Assembly: GCA_035697515.1 (NCBI GenBank)
Contig: DASSCS010000101.1
Location: 17,540-81,539, forward strand
DNA: 64,000 nucleotides
Reading direction: 5' to 3'
Source of the DNA: Acidimicrobiales bacterium
Lineage (GTDB): Bacteria; Actinomycetota; Acidimicrobiia; Acidimicrobiales; VFJN01
The notes beneath the pieces were generated by a model. That model was not told the origin of the DNA, made no database searches, and worked only from the letters and a program-made list of their open reading frames with translations. Made by a program: the position numbers and the translations under genes. Positions 8,205 through 16,703 of the stretch are shown one piece after another. Within the stretch, counting starts at the first letter, position 1; each line of letters opens with the position of its first letter.

Positions 8205-10757
8205 GTGCTGAAGACCGCGCTCCGGAACGTCTTCGCACACAAGCTGCGGCTCCTGACGACCGGGCTGGCCGTGATGCTCGGCGTCGCCTTCACCACCGGC
8301 ACGCTCGTCTTCACCGACACGATGGGGAAGACGTTCGACGACCTGTTCGCGTCGGTCTACGAGAACACCGACGCGGTCGTCCGTGCCGAGGCGGCGTTCG
8401 AGGACCCGTCCGGGTTCGGGGATCAGCGTGGTCGCGTCGACGCCTCCCTCGTCGACTCGGTCGCCGCCGTCGACGGGGTGGCCAGCGCCCAGGGCAACAC
8501 GACGGGGTACGCGCAGATCGTCGACAAGGACGGCGAGCCGCTCGGCAATCCCGAGTTCGGCGCACCCGTGTTCGGCGGGAACTGGGACGAGGACGAGGCC
8601 ACCAACCCCTTCACGATCGCCGCGGGTCGTGCCCCGGCCGCGGACGGCGAGGCGGTGATCGACCGCCAGAGCGCTACGGACGCCGGCTTCGAACCGGGCG
8701 ACCGCGCCACCGTGCTCGTGCAGGGTGGCCCGATCGAGGTCACGGTGACCGGCATCGTCACCTTCGGGTCGGCCGACTCGCCCGGCGGAGCGAGCGTCGT
8801 GCTGTTCCCGCTCGAGACGGCGCAGCGGCTCGTCGGCGAGCCCGGGATGTTCGACGAGATCGCCGTCGTCGCCGAGGACGGTATCTCCCAGGAGGAGATC
8901 GCACAGCGCGTCGAGGCCGGCCTGCCCGACGGCGTCGAGGCGGTCACGGGCGCCACCGTCACCGAGGAGACGCAGGACGCCATCAACAACGGCCTGTCGT
9001 TCATCAACACCTTCCTGCTCGTGTTCGCGGTGATCGCCCTGCTCGTCGGTGCCTTCATCATCTTCAACACGTTCTTCATCACCGTGGCCCAGCGCACCAG
9101 GGAGAACGCGCTGCTCCGGGCGCTCGGGGCGACCAAGCGACAGGTCCTCATGGCCGTGCTCGTCGAGGCGCTGGCCGTCGGTCTGGTCGCGTCCGCGGTG
9201 GGCGTGGCCGCCGGGCTCGCGGTGGCGGCGGGGTTGAAGGTGCTCCTCGACGCGTTCGGCATCTCGCTTCCGGCGGGCGGCATCGTGGTCACGAGCAGCA
9301 CGATCGTCACCGGGCTCGTGGCCGGCGTCGTCGTGACCCTCGTGGCCGCAATCTCACCCGCACGCAAGGCCGGCAAGGTGCCCCCGGTCGCCGCCATGCG
9401 CGACGTCGCCGTGAGCAGCACGGGCTACGGCTCGAAGCAGCGGGTGATCGTGGGACTCGTCATCCTCCTCGCCGGCGTCGGGGCGCTGCTGTACGGACTG
9501 TTCGGCAACGTCGACAACGCACTCCCGGTGGTTGGCCTCGGAGCCCTGATCACGCTCTTCGCCGTGACCGTGCTGGGTCGCACGGTCTCCCTCCCGCTGA
9601 GCCGGGTCATCAGCTGGCCGTTGGCGCGGCTGCGCGGCATCACTGGCGGGCTGGCCAGCGAGAACGCCAAGCGGAACCCGAAGCGCACAGCGGCGACGGC
9701 ATCGGCGCTGATGATCGGCGTCGGCCTCGTCGCCTTCATCACGATCTTCGCCTCGTCCTTCAAGGCGTCCGTCGACGCCACCGTGAGCGAGACGTTCACC
9801 GGCGACGTGATCGTCACCGGGCCGGGCGCCTTCGGCTCGGGTGGACTCGATCCCGAGGTGGCCGACCGGATCGCCGATCTGCCGGAGGTCGACGAGGTCG
9901 GCGCCATCCGGGGCGGCTTCGCCGAGATCGACGGCGACGCGCAGGACGTGCTCGGCATCGACAACGCACTGTTCGACCTGTTCGACGTCGGTGTGGTCAG
10001 CGGCTCGCCCGACGATCTCGACGCCACCTCGATCGCGGTGCACGAAGACGTTGCCGACGACAAGGGCCTGGGCATCGGCGACACCGTGCCGGTCGTGTTC
10101 CGCACGACCGGCGCCCAGGAGCTGACCGTTCGCCTCGTCTACAGCGAGCAGCAGCCGGCGGGCGACTGGGTGTTCCCGATGGAGGCCTGGGAGGCCAACA
10201 ACGCGGAGCAGTACGACTTCCAGGTCTTCGTGAAGGCGGCGGACGGCGTCGGCCCCGCCGCGGCGGCGGCCGCCATCGAGGACGTCACCGTCGACTACCC
10301 GGGCGCCAAGGTGCTCGACCAGTCGGAGTACGTCGCGGAGCAGACGGGCTTCGTCGACCAGATCCTCGGGCTGATCTACGCCCTGCTCGCGCTGGCGATC
10401 GTCATCGCTCTCCTCGGCATCGGCAACACGCTCGCCCTGTCGATCATCGAACGTACCCGTGAGCTCGGGGTGCTCCGCGCCGTCGGCATGACCCGTACCC
10501 AGCTGCGATCCACGATCCGGTGGGAGTCCGTCGTCATCGCGCTCCAGGGCACCGTGCTCGGCCTCGTCGTCGGCGTGTTCTTCGGCTGGGCGCTGGTCGA
10601 GGCGATGGCCGACGAGGGCCTCAACACCCTCGACATCCCCTACACAACGCTCGCGGTCGTCGTCGTCCTCGCCGCCATCGCCGGGATCGTCGCCGCCGTG
10701 CTGCCTGCGCGCCGCGCCGCGAAGCTCGACGTCCTCCGGGCGATCGTGTCGGAGTAG
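8205..10757 (+). CDS. FtsX-like ABC transporter permease (duplicated MacB-type, 850 aa)
   Basis: Starts 1 nt after the ATPase stop. Two FtsX-type TM bundles are separated by large extracytoplasmic domains. Confidence 0.9.
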   Translation: MLKTALRNVFAHKLRLLTTGLAVMLGVAFTTGTLVFTDTMGKTFDDLFASVYENTDAVVRAEAAFEDPSGFGDQRGRVDASLVDSVAAVDGVASAQGNTTGYAQIVDKDGEPLGNPEFGAPVFGGNWDEDEATNPFTIAAGRAPAADGEAVIDRQSATDAGFEPGDRATVLVQGGPIEVTVTGIVTFGSADSPGGASVVLFPLETAQRLVGEPGMFDEIAVVAEDGISQEEIAQRVEAGLPDGVEAVTGATVTEETQDAINNGLSFINTFLLVFAVIALLVGAFIIFNTFFITVAQRTRENALLRALGATKRQVLMAVLVEALAVGLVASAVGVAAGLAVAAGLKVLLDAFGISLPAGGIVVTSSTIVTGLVAGVVVTLVAAISPARKAGKVPPVAAMRDVAVSSTGYGSKQRVIVGLVILLAGVGALLYGLFGNVDNALPVVGLGALITLFAVTVLGRTVSLPLSRVISWPLARLRGITGGLASENAKRNPKRTAATASALMIGVGLVAFITIFASSFKASVDATVSETFTGDVIVTGPGAFGSGGLDPEVADRIADLPEVDEVGAIRGGFAEIDGDAQDVLGIDNALFDLFDVGVVSGSPDDLDATSIAVHEDVADDKGLGIGDTVPVVFRTTGAQELTVRLVYSEQQPAGDWVFPMEAWEANNAEQYDFQVFVKAADGVGPAAAAAAIEDVTVDYPGAKVLDQSEYVAEQTGFVDQILGLIYALLALAIVIALLGIGNTLALSIIERTRELGVLRAVGMTRTQLRSTIRWESVVIALQGTVLGLVVGVFFGWALVEAMADEGLNTLDIPYTTLAVVVVLAAIAGIVAAVLPARRAAKLDVLRAIVSE

Positions 10758-10816
10758 CGCCGCGGGGGAACGACGGTTAAGGATCGTCCGGGGACCCGGC
10801 GTGGCAGCATCGGCGG

Positions 10817-11581
10817 GTGCCATCCTTCGCAGCGCTCCATGACATGACCGGCAAGGTCGCCGTGGTCACCGGGGGGTCGCGCGGCCTCGGCCGCGCCATC
10901 GTGCAGTCGCTGGCCGAGGCCGGCGCCGACGTCGTCATCGCCTCGCGCAAGCTCGACGCGTGCGAGGCTGCGGCCGAACAGGTGCGGGCCTCGACCGGGC
11001 GCCGCGCCGAGGCGATCGCCTGCCACGTCGGCCGCTGGGCCGACTGCGAGCACCTCGTGGCTGAGACGCTCGACCGGCTCGGCCGGCTCGACGTGCTGGT
11101 CAACAACGCCGGCATGTCCCCGCTCTACGAAAGCCTCGAGGCCGTGAGCGAGGAGCTCTACGACAAGACCCTCGCCGTGAACCTGAAGGGCCCGTTCCGG
11201 CTGGCGGTGCTGGCCGCCACGCACATGGCGGCCCACGGCGGTGGGTCCATCATCAACATCGGCACGGTCGGGTCGCTCGTCGCCAGCGTCGACGACCTGC
11301 CCTACGCCTGTGCCAAGGCGGGCCTCAACGCCCTCACCGTCGGCCTGGCGGAGGCGTACGCGCCGACGGTGCGGGTCAACGCCATCCTGCCGGGCCCGTT
11401 CCGCACCGACGTCACCAAGGCATGGCCGCCCGAGGCCCTCGAGGGGTCGTTCGTGCCCTTGGGCCGGCTCGGCGAGCCCGAGGAGGTCGCGCCGCTGGCG
11501 CTGCACCTGGCCAGCGCCGCGTCGAGCTACACCACCGGCGCCATCGTCCGCGTCGACGGCGGCATCACCCGCAAGGTGTGA
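10817..11581 (+). CDS. short-chain dehydrogenase/reductase
   Basis: GKVAVVTGGSRGLG, NNAG, YACAKAG, C-terminal TTGAIVRVDGG. Confidence 0.85.
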   Translation: MPSFAALHDMTGKVAVVTGGSRGLGRAIVQSLAEAGADVVIASRKLDACEAAAEQVRASTGRRAEAIACHVGRWADCEHLVAETLDRLGRLDVLVNNAGMSPLYESLEAVSEELYDKTLAVNLKGPFRLAVLAATHMAAHGGGSIINIGTVGSLVASVDDLPYACAKAGLNALTVGLAEAYAPTVRVNAILPGPFRTDVTKAWPPEALEGSFVPLGRLGEPEEVAPLALHLASAASSYTTGAIVRVDGGITRKV

Positions 11582-11582
11582 G

Positions 11583-11730
11583 CCTCGGCAACCGGTTCCG
11601 CCCGAGGAGCCCGGGCGCAGGGGCCCGTAGACGCGAGGCGATAGGTTCCGTTCCGATGAGCCCGAGGCAATGGGTTCCGGATCCGGAACGCATTGCCTCA
11701 ACCTCCGGCCAGCGGAACCTATCGCCTCGC
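11583..11730. repeat. nested inverted-repeat element built from a 16-18 nt unit GAGGC(G/A)AT(A/G)GGTTCCG
   Basis: A perfect 18-bp IR joins 11633-11650 and 11713-11730. Inside it is a 16/17 IR (11664-11680 with 11683-11699) centred on GGATCC. A degenerate fifth unit lies at 11583-11600. The element sits between convergent genes. Confidence 0.8.
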
Positions 11731-11744
11731 CAGCCGCGGTGATG

Positions 11745-12626
11745 TCACCCCCTGCCCGCGGCATCGATGACCTCGCCGAAGCGGCGGAGCGTATCGGGCG
11801 GCGCGAAGTCGGCGAACCACACGTAGAACCGCTCGACGCCCCGCGAGCGCAGGGCCCCGAAGTGTGCGGCGAGCTCGCCGGTCGTTCCCACGACGACCCG
11901 GTCCCCCAGCCCGGAGCCGCCGAAGCGGCGGGTCACGAGCTCGGAGACCGCGGCCCGGTCGGCCTCTGTCGGGACGACCGCCACCATGGTCTGCACCGAG
12001 ACGCGGGCGCGGCCGACGCGGGCCTTGCGCTCGTCGAGCCGGTCGACCTGGTGGATCGGCACGTTCCACCAGTCGGCGTGGGCCCGGACGACCTCGAGCG
12101 TCCGCCCGCCGACGCCGCCGACGACGATCGGGATCGGGCGGGTCGGCGCCGGCCGCTGCTGGGCGTCGCGCAGCTGGAAGAACCGGCCGTCGTAGCTGAC
12201 CGGCTCGCCGGACCACAGGGCCCGGATGATGTCGAGGGACTCGCCCAGGCGGGCGACCCGCTCGCGCGGCGCGGCCGAACCGACCCCGAAGGTGACCAGC
12301 TCGTCCTGCACCGAGCCCCATCCGATGCCCAGCTCGAAGCGGCCGCCCGACGCGTGGTCGAGGGTGGCGGCCTGACGCGCCAGTACTGCGGGGTGCCGCA
12401 GCGGGTCGCAGAGGACGAGGTGGCCCACGACCAGCGACCGGGTCCTCGAGAGCAGCCAGGTCGCCGCCGTCATCGCCTCCCACATGTCGTGCTCGGCCGC
12501 CAGCGGCGGGGCGAGGTGGTCCATGAGCGCGAGGCCCTCGAACCCGGCGGCCTCGGCCGCGAGCGCCCGCTCGACGATGGCGTCGACCGGCATGCGCATC
12601 TGCGGCAGGAACAGGTGGAAGGTCAT
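11745..12626 (-). CDS. luciferase-like (LLM class) flavin/F420-dependent oxidoreductase
   Basis: MTFHLFLPQMRMP..GFEGLALMDHL..GGRFELGIGWG is typical of LLM proteins. The ATG overlaps the TGA of the upstream TetR (ATGA). Confidence 0.85.
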   Translation of the reverse strand: MTFHLFLPQMRMPVDAIVERALAAEAAGFEGLALMDHLAPPLAAEHDMWEAMTAATWLLSRTRSLVVGHLVLCDPLRHPAVLARQAATLDHASGGRFELGIGWGSVQDELVTFGVGSAAPRERVARLGESLDIIRALWSGEPVSYDGRFFQLRDAQQRPAPTRPIPIVVGGVGGRTLEVVRAHADWWNVPIHQVDRLDERKARVGRARVSVQTMVAVVPTEADRAAVSELVTRRFGGSGLGDRVVVGTTGELAAHFGALRSRGVERFYVWFADFAPPDTLRRFGEVIDAAGRG

Positions 12627-13279
12627 GGCCGGGGGCTCGTCCCCGTCGTGGCGACCGAGAGGCAGACGTCGGCGACGTGGTCGATCGCGGCCTGGGACGG
12701 CCGGGTGCGATCCCACAGGTGGTCCGACAGCGTGCCGACGACCGCGTGGGCCGCGAGCGAGGCGTCGAGATCGGGGTCGGTGCTGCCCAGCTCGGCGAAG
12801 GGCTCGCGCAGGAGGCTCGCCAGCGGGCGGCTGGCCGACGGGCGGCCCGCCGGCAGCGCCTCGCCCACGCTGCCCCCGTTCCACAGCACCGCCAGCGTGG
12901 TCGCGGCGATGTCCGCGTCGGCTGCCTGCGACAGGACGCCCTCGGTCCAGCGCCTGACCTTGCCCTGCGGCGTCGGCTCCTTGGCCATCTGGTGGGCCAG
13001 GTAGCTCTGCAGCCGGTCGGTCCCGTCCTCGAGGAGCGCCGCCACCAGCGCGTCCTTGGACGGGAAGTGCCGGTAAAAGGCGTCGTTCGACACGCCGGCG
13101 GCCGCCACGATGTCGGCGACGCGGGGGCGGGACGTCGTGCCGCACGCCCGCATGACGTCGAGGGCGGCGTCGAGGAGGCGCCGGACCTCGCTCGCGTAGT
13201 CGGGCCCCCGCCTGGCCAGCGTCCGCCGGGCGATCCGCGCCGCAACATCGTCCGGCAGTTCCGGAATTGTGTTAGGCAT
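12623..13279 (-). CDS. TetR family transcriptional regulator
   Basis: HTH segment RVADIVAAAGVSNDAFYRHFPSKDALVAALL. ATG at 13277-13279. Confidence 0.85.
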   Translation of the reverse strand: MPNTIPELPDDVAARIARRTLARRGPDYASEVRRLLDAALDVMRACGTTSRPRVADIVAAAGVSNDAFYRHFPSKDALVAALLEDGTDRLQSYLAHQMAKEPTPQGKVRRWTEGVLSQAADADIAATTLAVLWNGGSVGEALPAGRPSASRPLASLLREPFAELGSTDPDLDASLAAHAVVGTLSDHLWDRTRPSQAAIDHVADVCLSVATTGTSPRP

Positions 13280-13283
13280 GAAC

Positions 13284-13296
13284 AGAATCATATTCT
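13284..13296. promoter_or_regulatory. perfect palindrome AGAATCATATTCT in a 38-bp divergent intergenic region (candidate TetR operator overlapping both -10 boxes)
   Basis: Read directly from the sequence. TATGAT on the minus strand lies 7 nt from the TetR ATG, and TATTCT on the plus strand lies 21 nt from the ACAD ATG. Confidence 0.5.
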
Positions 13297-13317
13297 TCCC
13301 GGCCGGAGGGAGGCGCC

Positions 13318-14619
13318 ATGTCGTGGGACTTCGAGACCGATCCCGAGTTCCAGGCCAAGCTGGACTGGGCGGACGCATTCGTGCGGGAGGACGTCGAGCC
13401 GCTCGACCTCGTGTGGCCGGGCCTGGAGTTCACGCCGCTCGACGCGGCGCGGCGCAAGGTCGTCGAGCCGCTGAAGGCCGAGGTGCGCCGCCAGAAGCTG
13501 TGGGCCACCCACCTGGGCCCCGAGCTGGGGGGCGAGGGCTACGGCCAGCTCAAGCTCTCGCTGCTGAACGAGATCCTGGGCCGTTCGTCGTGGGCTCCGA
13601 TCGTGTTCGGCTGCCAGGCACCCGACACGGGCAACGCCGAGATCATCGCCCACTACGGCACGCCCGGGCAGAAGGAGCGCTACCTGCGCCCGCTCCTCGA
13701 CGGCGAGATCTTCTCGTGCTACTCGATGACCGAGCCCCACGCCGGCGCCGACCCCACGATGTTCACGACGCGGGCCACCCGGGACGGCGACGAGTGGGTG
13801 ATCAACGGCTGGAAGTTCTTCTCGTCGAACGCCAGGACCTCGACCTTCCTGATCGTGATGGCGGTGACGAACCCCGACGTGAGCCCGTACACGGGCATGT
13901 CGATGTTCCTGGTCCCGAGCGACACCCCGGGCGTCGACATCGTGCGCAACGTCGGCCTCGCCGGCGAGGCGGCGGACGAGGGCTCGCACGCGCTCATCCA
14001 CTACGACGACGTGCGCGTGCCGGCCGATGCGCTGCTCGGGGGTGACGGACAGGCCTTCGCCATCGCCCAGACCCGGCTCGGCGGGGGGCGCATCCACCAC
14101 GCCATGCGCACCATCGGCCTGGCCCGCAGCGCGCTCGACATGATGTGCGAGCGGGCCCTCAGCCGCGAGACGCAGGGCAGCCTGCTGGCGGACAAGCAGT
14201 TCGTGCAGGGCTACATCGCCGACTCGTACGCCCAGCTCATGCAGTTCCGCCTGTTCGTGCTCTACACCGCGTGGTCGATCGACAAGCACAACGACTACCG
14301 CAAGGTCCGCAAGGACATCGCGGCGGTCAAGGTCCTGATGCCGGGCGTCCTGCACGACGTCGCCTGGCGCGCCATGCAGGTGCACGGCGCGCTGGGCGTC
14401 AGCAACGAGATGCCCTTCCACCGGATGCTGCTGGGGGCCAGCGTCCTGGGGCTGGCCGACGGGCCCACCGAGGTGCACAAGGTCACCGTGGCCCGCCAGG
14501 TGCTGCGCGACCACTCCCCCAGCGACGACCTGTGGCCGACCCAGCACCTGCCGAAGCGCCTGGCGGCGGCACGGGCCAAGTACGCGGAGCACCTCGAGCA
14601 CGAGGTGGGGAACCTGTGA
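13318..14619 (+). CDS. acyl-CoA dehydrogenase, FadE2 / ACAD10-11-like
   Basis: 433 aa. YSMTEPHAGADP, GWKFFSSNA, and a C-terminal extension DDLWPTQHLPKRLAAARAKY typical of this ACAD subgroup. Confidence 0.9.
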   Translation: MSWDFETDPEFQAKLDWADAFVREDVEPLDLVWPGLEFTPLDAARRKVVEPLKAEVRRQKLWATHLGPELGGEGYGQLKLSLLNEILGRSSWAPIVFGCQAPDTGNAEIIAHYGTPGQKERYLRPLLDGEIFSCYSMTEPHAGADPTMFTTRATRDGDEWVINGWKFFSSNARTSTFLIVMAVTNPDVSPYTGMSMFLVPSDTPGVDIVRNVGLAGEAADEGSHALIHYDDVRVPADALLGGDGQAFAIAQTRLGGGRIHHAMRTIGLARSALDMMCERALSRETQGSLLADKQFVQGYIADSYAQLMQFRLFVLYTAWSIDKHNDYRKVRKDIAAVKVLMPGVLHDVAWRAMQVHGALGVSNEMPFHRMLLGASVLGLADGPTEVHKVTVARQVLRDHSPSDDLWPTQHLPKRLAAARAKYAEHLEHEVGNL

Positions 14620-15641
14620 TCGGCACCGACCGGCTCGCCACCTGGATGGACGGCGTCGGGCTCGCCAAGGGCGAGCCGATCGAGCACCGCTTCATCTCGG
14701 GGGGCACCCAGAACGAGATCTACGAGATCCGGCGCGGCGACCTGCACGCCGCGCTCCGCATCCCACCGGCGGCCGCCCCCGCGCCGCGCGACGACGGCAT
14801 CGTGCGCGAGTGGCGCATCATCGAGGCGCTCGGCGGCACCGACGTCCCCCATGCCGAGGCCCTTGCGATCTGCACCGACCCCGCGGTGCTGGGACGGACC
14901 TTCTACCTGATGGGCTACGTCGAGGGCTGGTCACCCATGGGGCGGACGGGTTGGCCCGCCCCCTTCGACACCGACCTCGCCGCCCGGCGTGGCCTGGCCT
15001 TCGAGCTCGTCGACGGCATCGCCCTGCTGTCGAAGGTCGACTGGCGGGCCAGGGGCCTCGACGACCTCGGGCGCCCCGACGGCTTCCACGAGCGGCAGGT
15101 CGACCGCTGGACCGCCTTCCTCGACCGCATCAGGGGCCGCGAGCTGCCCGGCTTCGACGTCGCCGCCGCCTGGCTGCGGGCGCACCGGCCGCTCGACTAC
15201 GTGCCGGGGATCATGCACGGCGACTACCAGTTCGCCAACGTGATGTTCCGCGCCGGCGCGCCGGCCCGGCTCGCCGCCATCGTCGACTGGGAGATGGGCA
15301 CCGTCGGCGACCCCAAGCTCGACCTCGGCTGGGTCGTGCACGGCTGGCCCGAGGACACGAGCGCGCCGGGGGACGAGTTCTCCAGCTACGTCGACATGAC
15401 CGGCATGCCGTCCCGCGCGGAGATGTTCGCTCGCTACGCCGAGGTGTCCGGTCGGCAGGTCGACGACGTCGACTACTACGTCGTCCTCGCCAAGTGGAAG
15501 CTCGCCATCGTGCTCGAGCAGGGGTTCCAGCGGGCCGGCGGCGACGAGAAGCTCCAGGCGTTCGGCCCCATCGTGCTGCAGCTCATGCAGGAGGCCGCCG
15601 ACGTCGCCGAGACGGCGGAGTACACCGGGCGGGCCGGCTGA
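14616..15641 (+). CDS. APH-fold phosphotransferase (aminoglycoside-phosphotransferase-like kinase)
   Basis: The GTG overlaps the ACAD stop (GTGA). Catalytic loop HGDYQFANVMF and metal-binding IVDWEM. Confidence 0.85.
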   Translation: MIGTDRLATWMDGVGLAKGEPIEHRFISGGTQNEIYEIRRGDLHAALRIPPAAAPAPRDDGIVREWRIIEALGGTDVPHAEALAICTDPAVLGRTFYLMGYVEGWSPMGRTGWPAPFDTDLAARRGLAFELVDGIALLSKVDWRARGLDDLGRPDGFHERQVDRWTAFLDRIRGRELPGFDVAAAWLRAHRPLDYVPGIMHGDYQFANVMFRAGAPARLAAIVDWEMGTVGDPKLDLGWVVHGWPEDTSAPGDEFSSYVDMTGMPSRAEMFARYAEVSGRQVDDVDYYVVLAKWKLAIVLEQGFQRAGGDEKLQAFGPIVLQLMQEAADVAETAEYTGRAG

Positions 15642-15642
15642 G

Positions 15643-16635
15643 GTGCGCGCGGCCGTCTGCCGGTCGTACGGCCCACCCGAGGTCGTCGAGACCGACGACG
15701 TCCCCGCACCGCCGATCGCGCCCGGGCAGGTTCAGGTTCGGGTACGGGTGGACGCTGCGGCGGTGAACTTCCCCGACGTGCTGCTCGTCGCGGATCGGTA
15801 CCAGCTCAGCGTGCCGACCCCGTTCGTGCCCGGCAGCGAGTTCGCAGGGGTGGTGACCGAGGTCGCCGACGACGTGGGCGACGTCGACGTCGGCGACCGG
15901 GTCTCGGGGACGACGTTCGTCGGGGCGTTCGCCGAGGAGGTGGTCGTCGGGGCCGGCGCGGTCGGCCGCATCCCGACGGGCGTGGACGTCCCCCACGCCG
16001 CCGCCTTCGGGGTGGCGCACCGCACCGCCTACCACGTGCTCCGCTCGGTGGCCGGCCTGCGAGCGGGCGACGAGCTGGTCGTGCTGGGCGCCGGCGGCGG
16101 CGTGGGCCTGGCGGCCGTGCAGCTCGGCGCACTGCTGGGCGCATCGGTGACGGCGGTGGCGTCGTCGGCCGACAAGCTCGACGCCGCCGCCTCCCACGGC
16201 GCCGTGCACGTGGTCGACCACCGGTCGGTCGAGCTGCGCCCGAGCCTGCGGGAGCTGCTCCCCGACGGCGCCGACGCGGTGGTCGACCCCGTGGGCGGCG
16301 ACCTGTCGGAACCGGCCCTGCGCTCGCTGCGCTGGGGCGGGCGCTTCGTCACGGTCGGCTACGCGTCGGGCGTGATCCCCTGCATCCCCCTCAACCTGGT
16401 GCTGCTCAAGGGCGTGCGGGTGCTCGGCTTCGAGTTCCGGGCCTTCGCCGCTCACGCCCCTGACGAGCTCCGCCGCAACGAGGACGAGCTGACCGCCCTG
16501 CTGGCCGAGGGCCGCGTCGTCCCGCACATCGGCGCCACGTTCGCGCTCGACGAGGCGGCCGCCGCCCTGCGACACGTCGCCGACGGCCGGGCGATCGGCA
16601 AGGTCGTCATCGACGTCGCCCGGGTGCCCACGTGA
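15643..16635 (+). CDS. NADPH:quinone oxidoreductase / zinc-type MDR alcohol dehydrogenase
   Basis: GTG 1 nt after the kinase stop. VNFPDVL, PGSEFAGVV, VLGAGGGVGLAAVQLG. Confidence 0.85.
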   Translation: MRAAVCRSYGPPEVVETDDVPAPPIAPGQVQVRVRVDAAAVNFPDVLLVADRYQLSVPTPFVPGSEFAGVVTEVADDVGDVDVGDRVSGTTFVGAFAEEVVVGAGAVGRIPTGVDVPHAAAFGVAHRTAYHVLRSVAGLRAGDELVVLGAGGGVGLAAVQLGALLGASVTAVASSADKLDAAASHGAVHVVDHRSVELRPSLRELLPDGADAVVDPVGGDLSEPALRSLRWGGRFVTVGYASGVIPCIPLNLVLLKGVRVLGFEFRAFAAHAPDELRRNEDELTALLAEGRVVPHIGATFALDEAAAALRHVADGRAIGKVVIDVARVPT

Positions 16636-16703
16636 ACCCCAGAGCCCCGCACTGCTAGGCTCCCTCTCCCAAGATGTGAATAGCGTTCTCACGAAGGGAA
16701 GCC

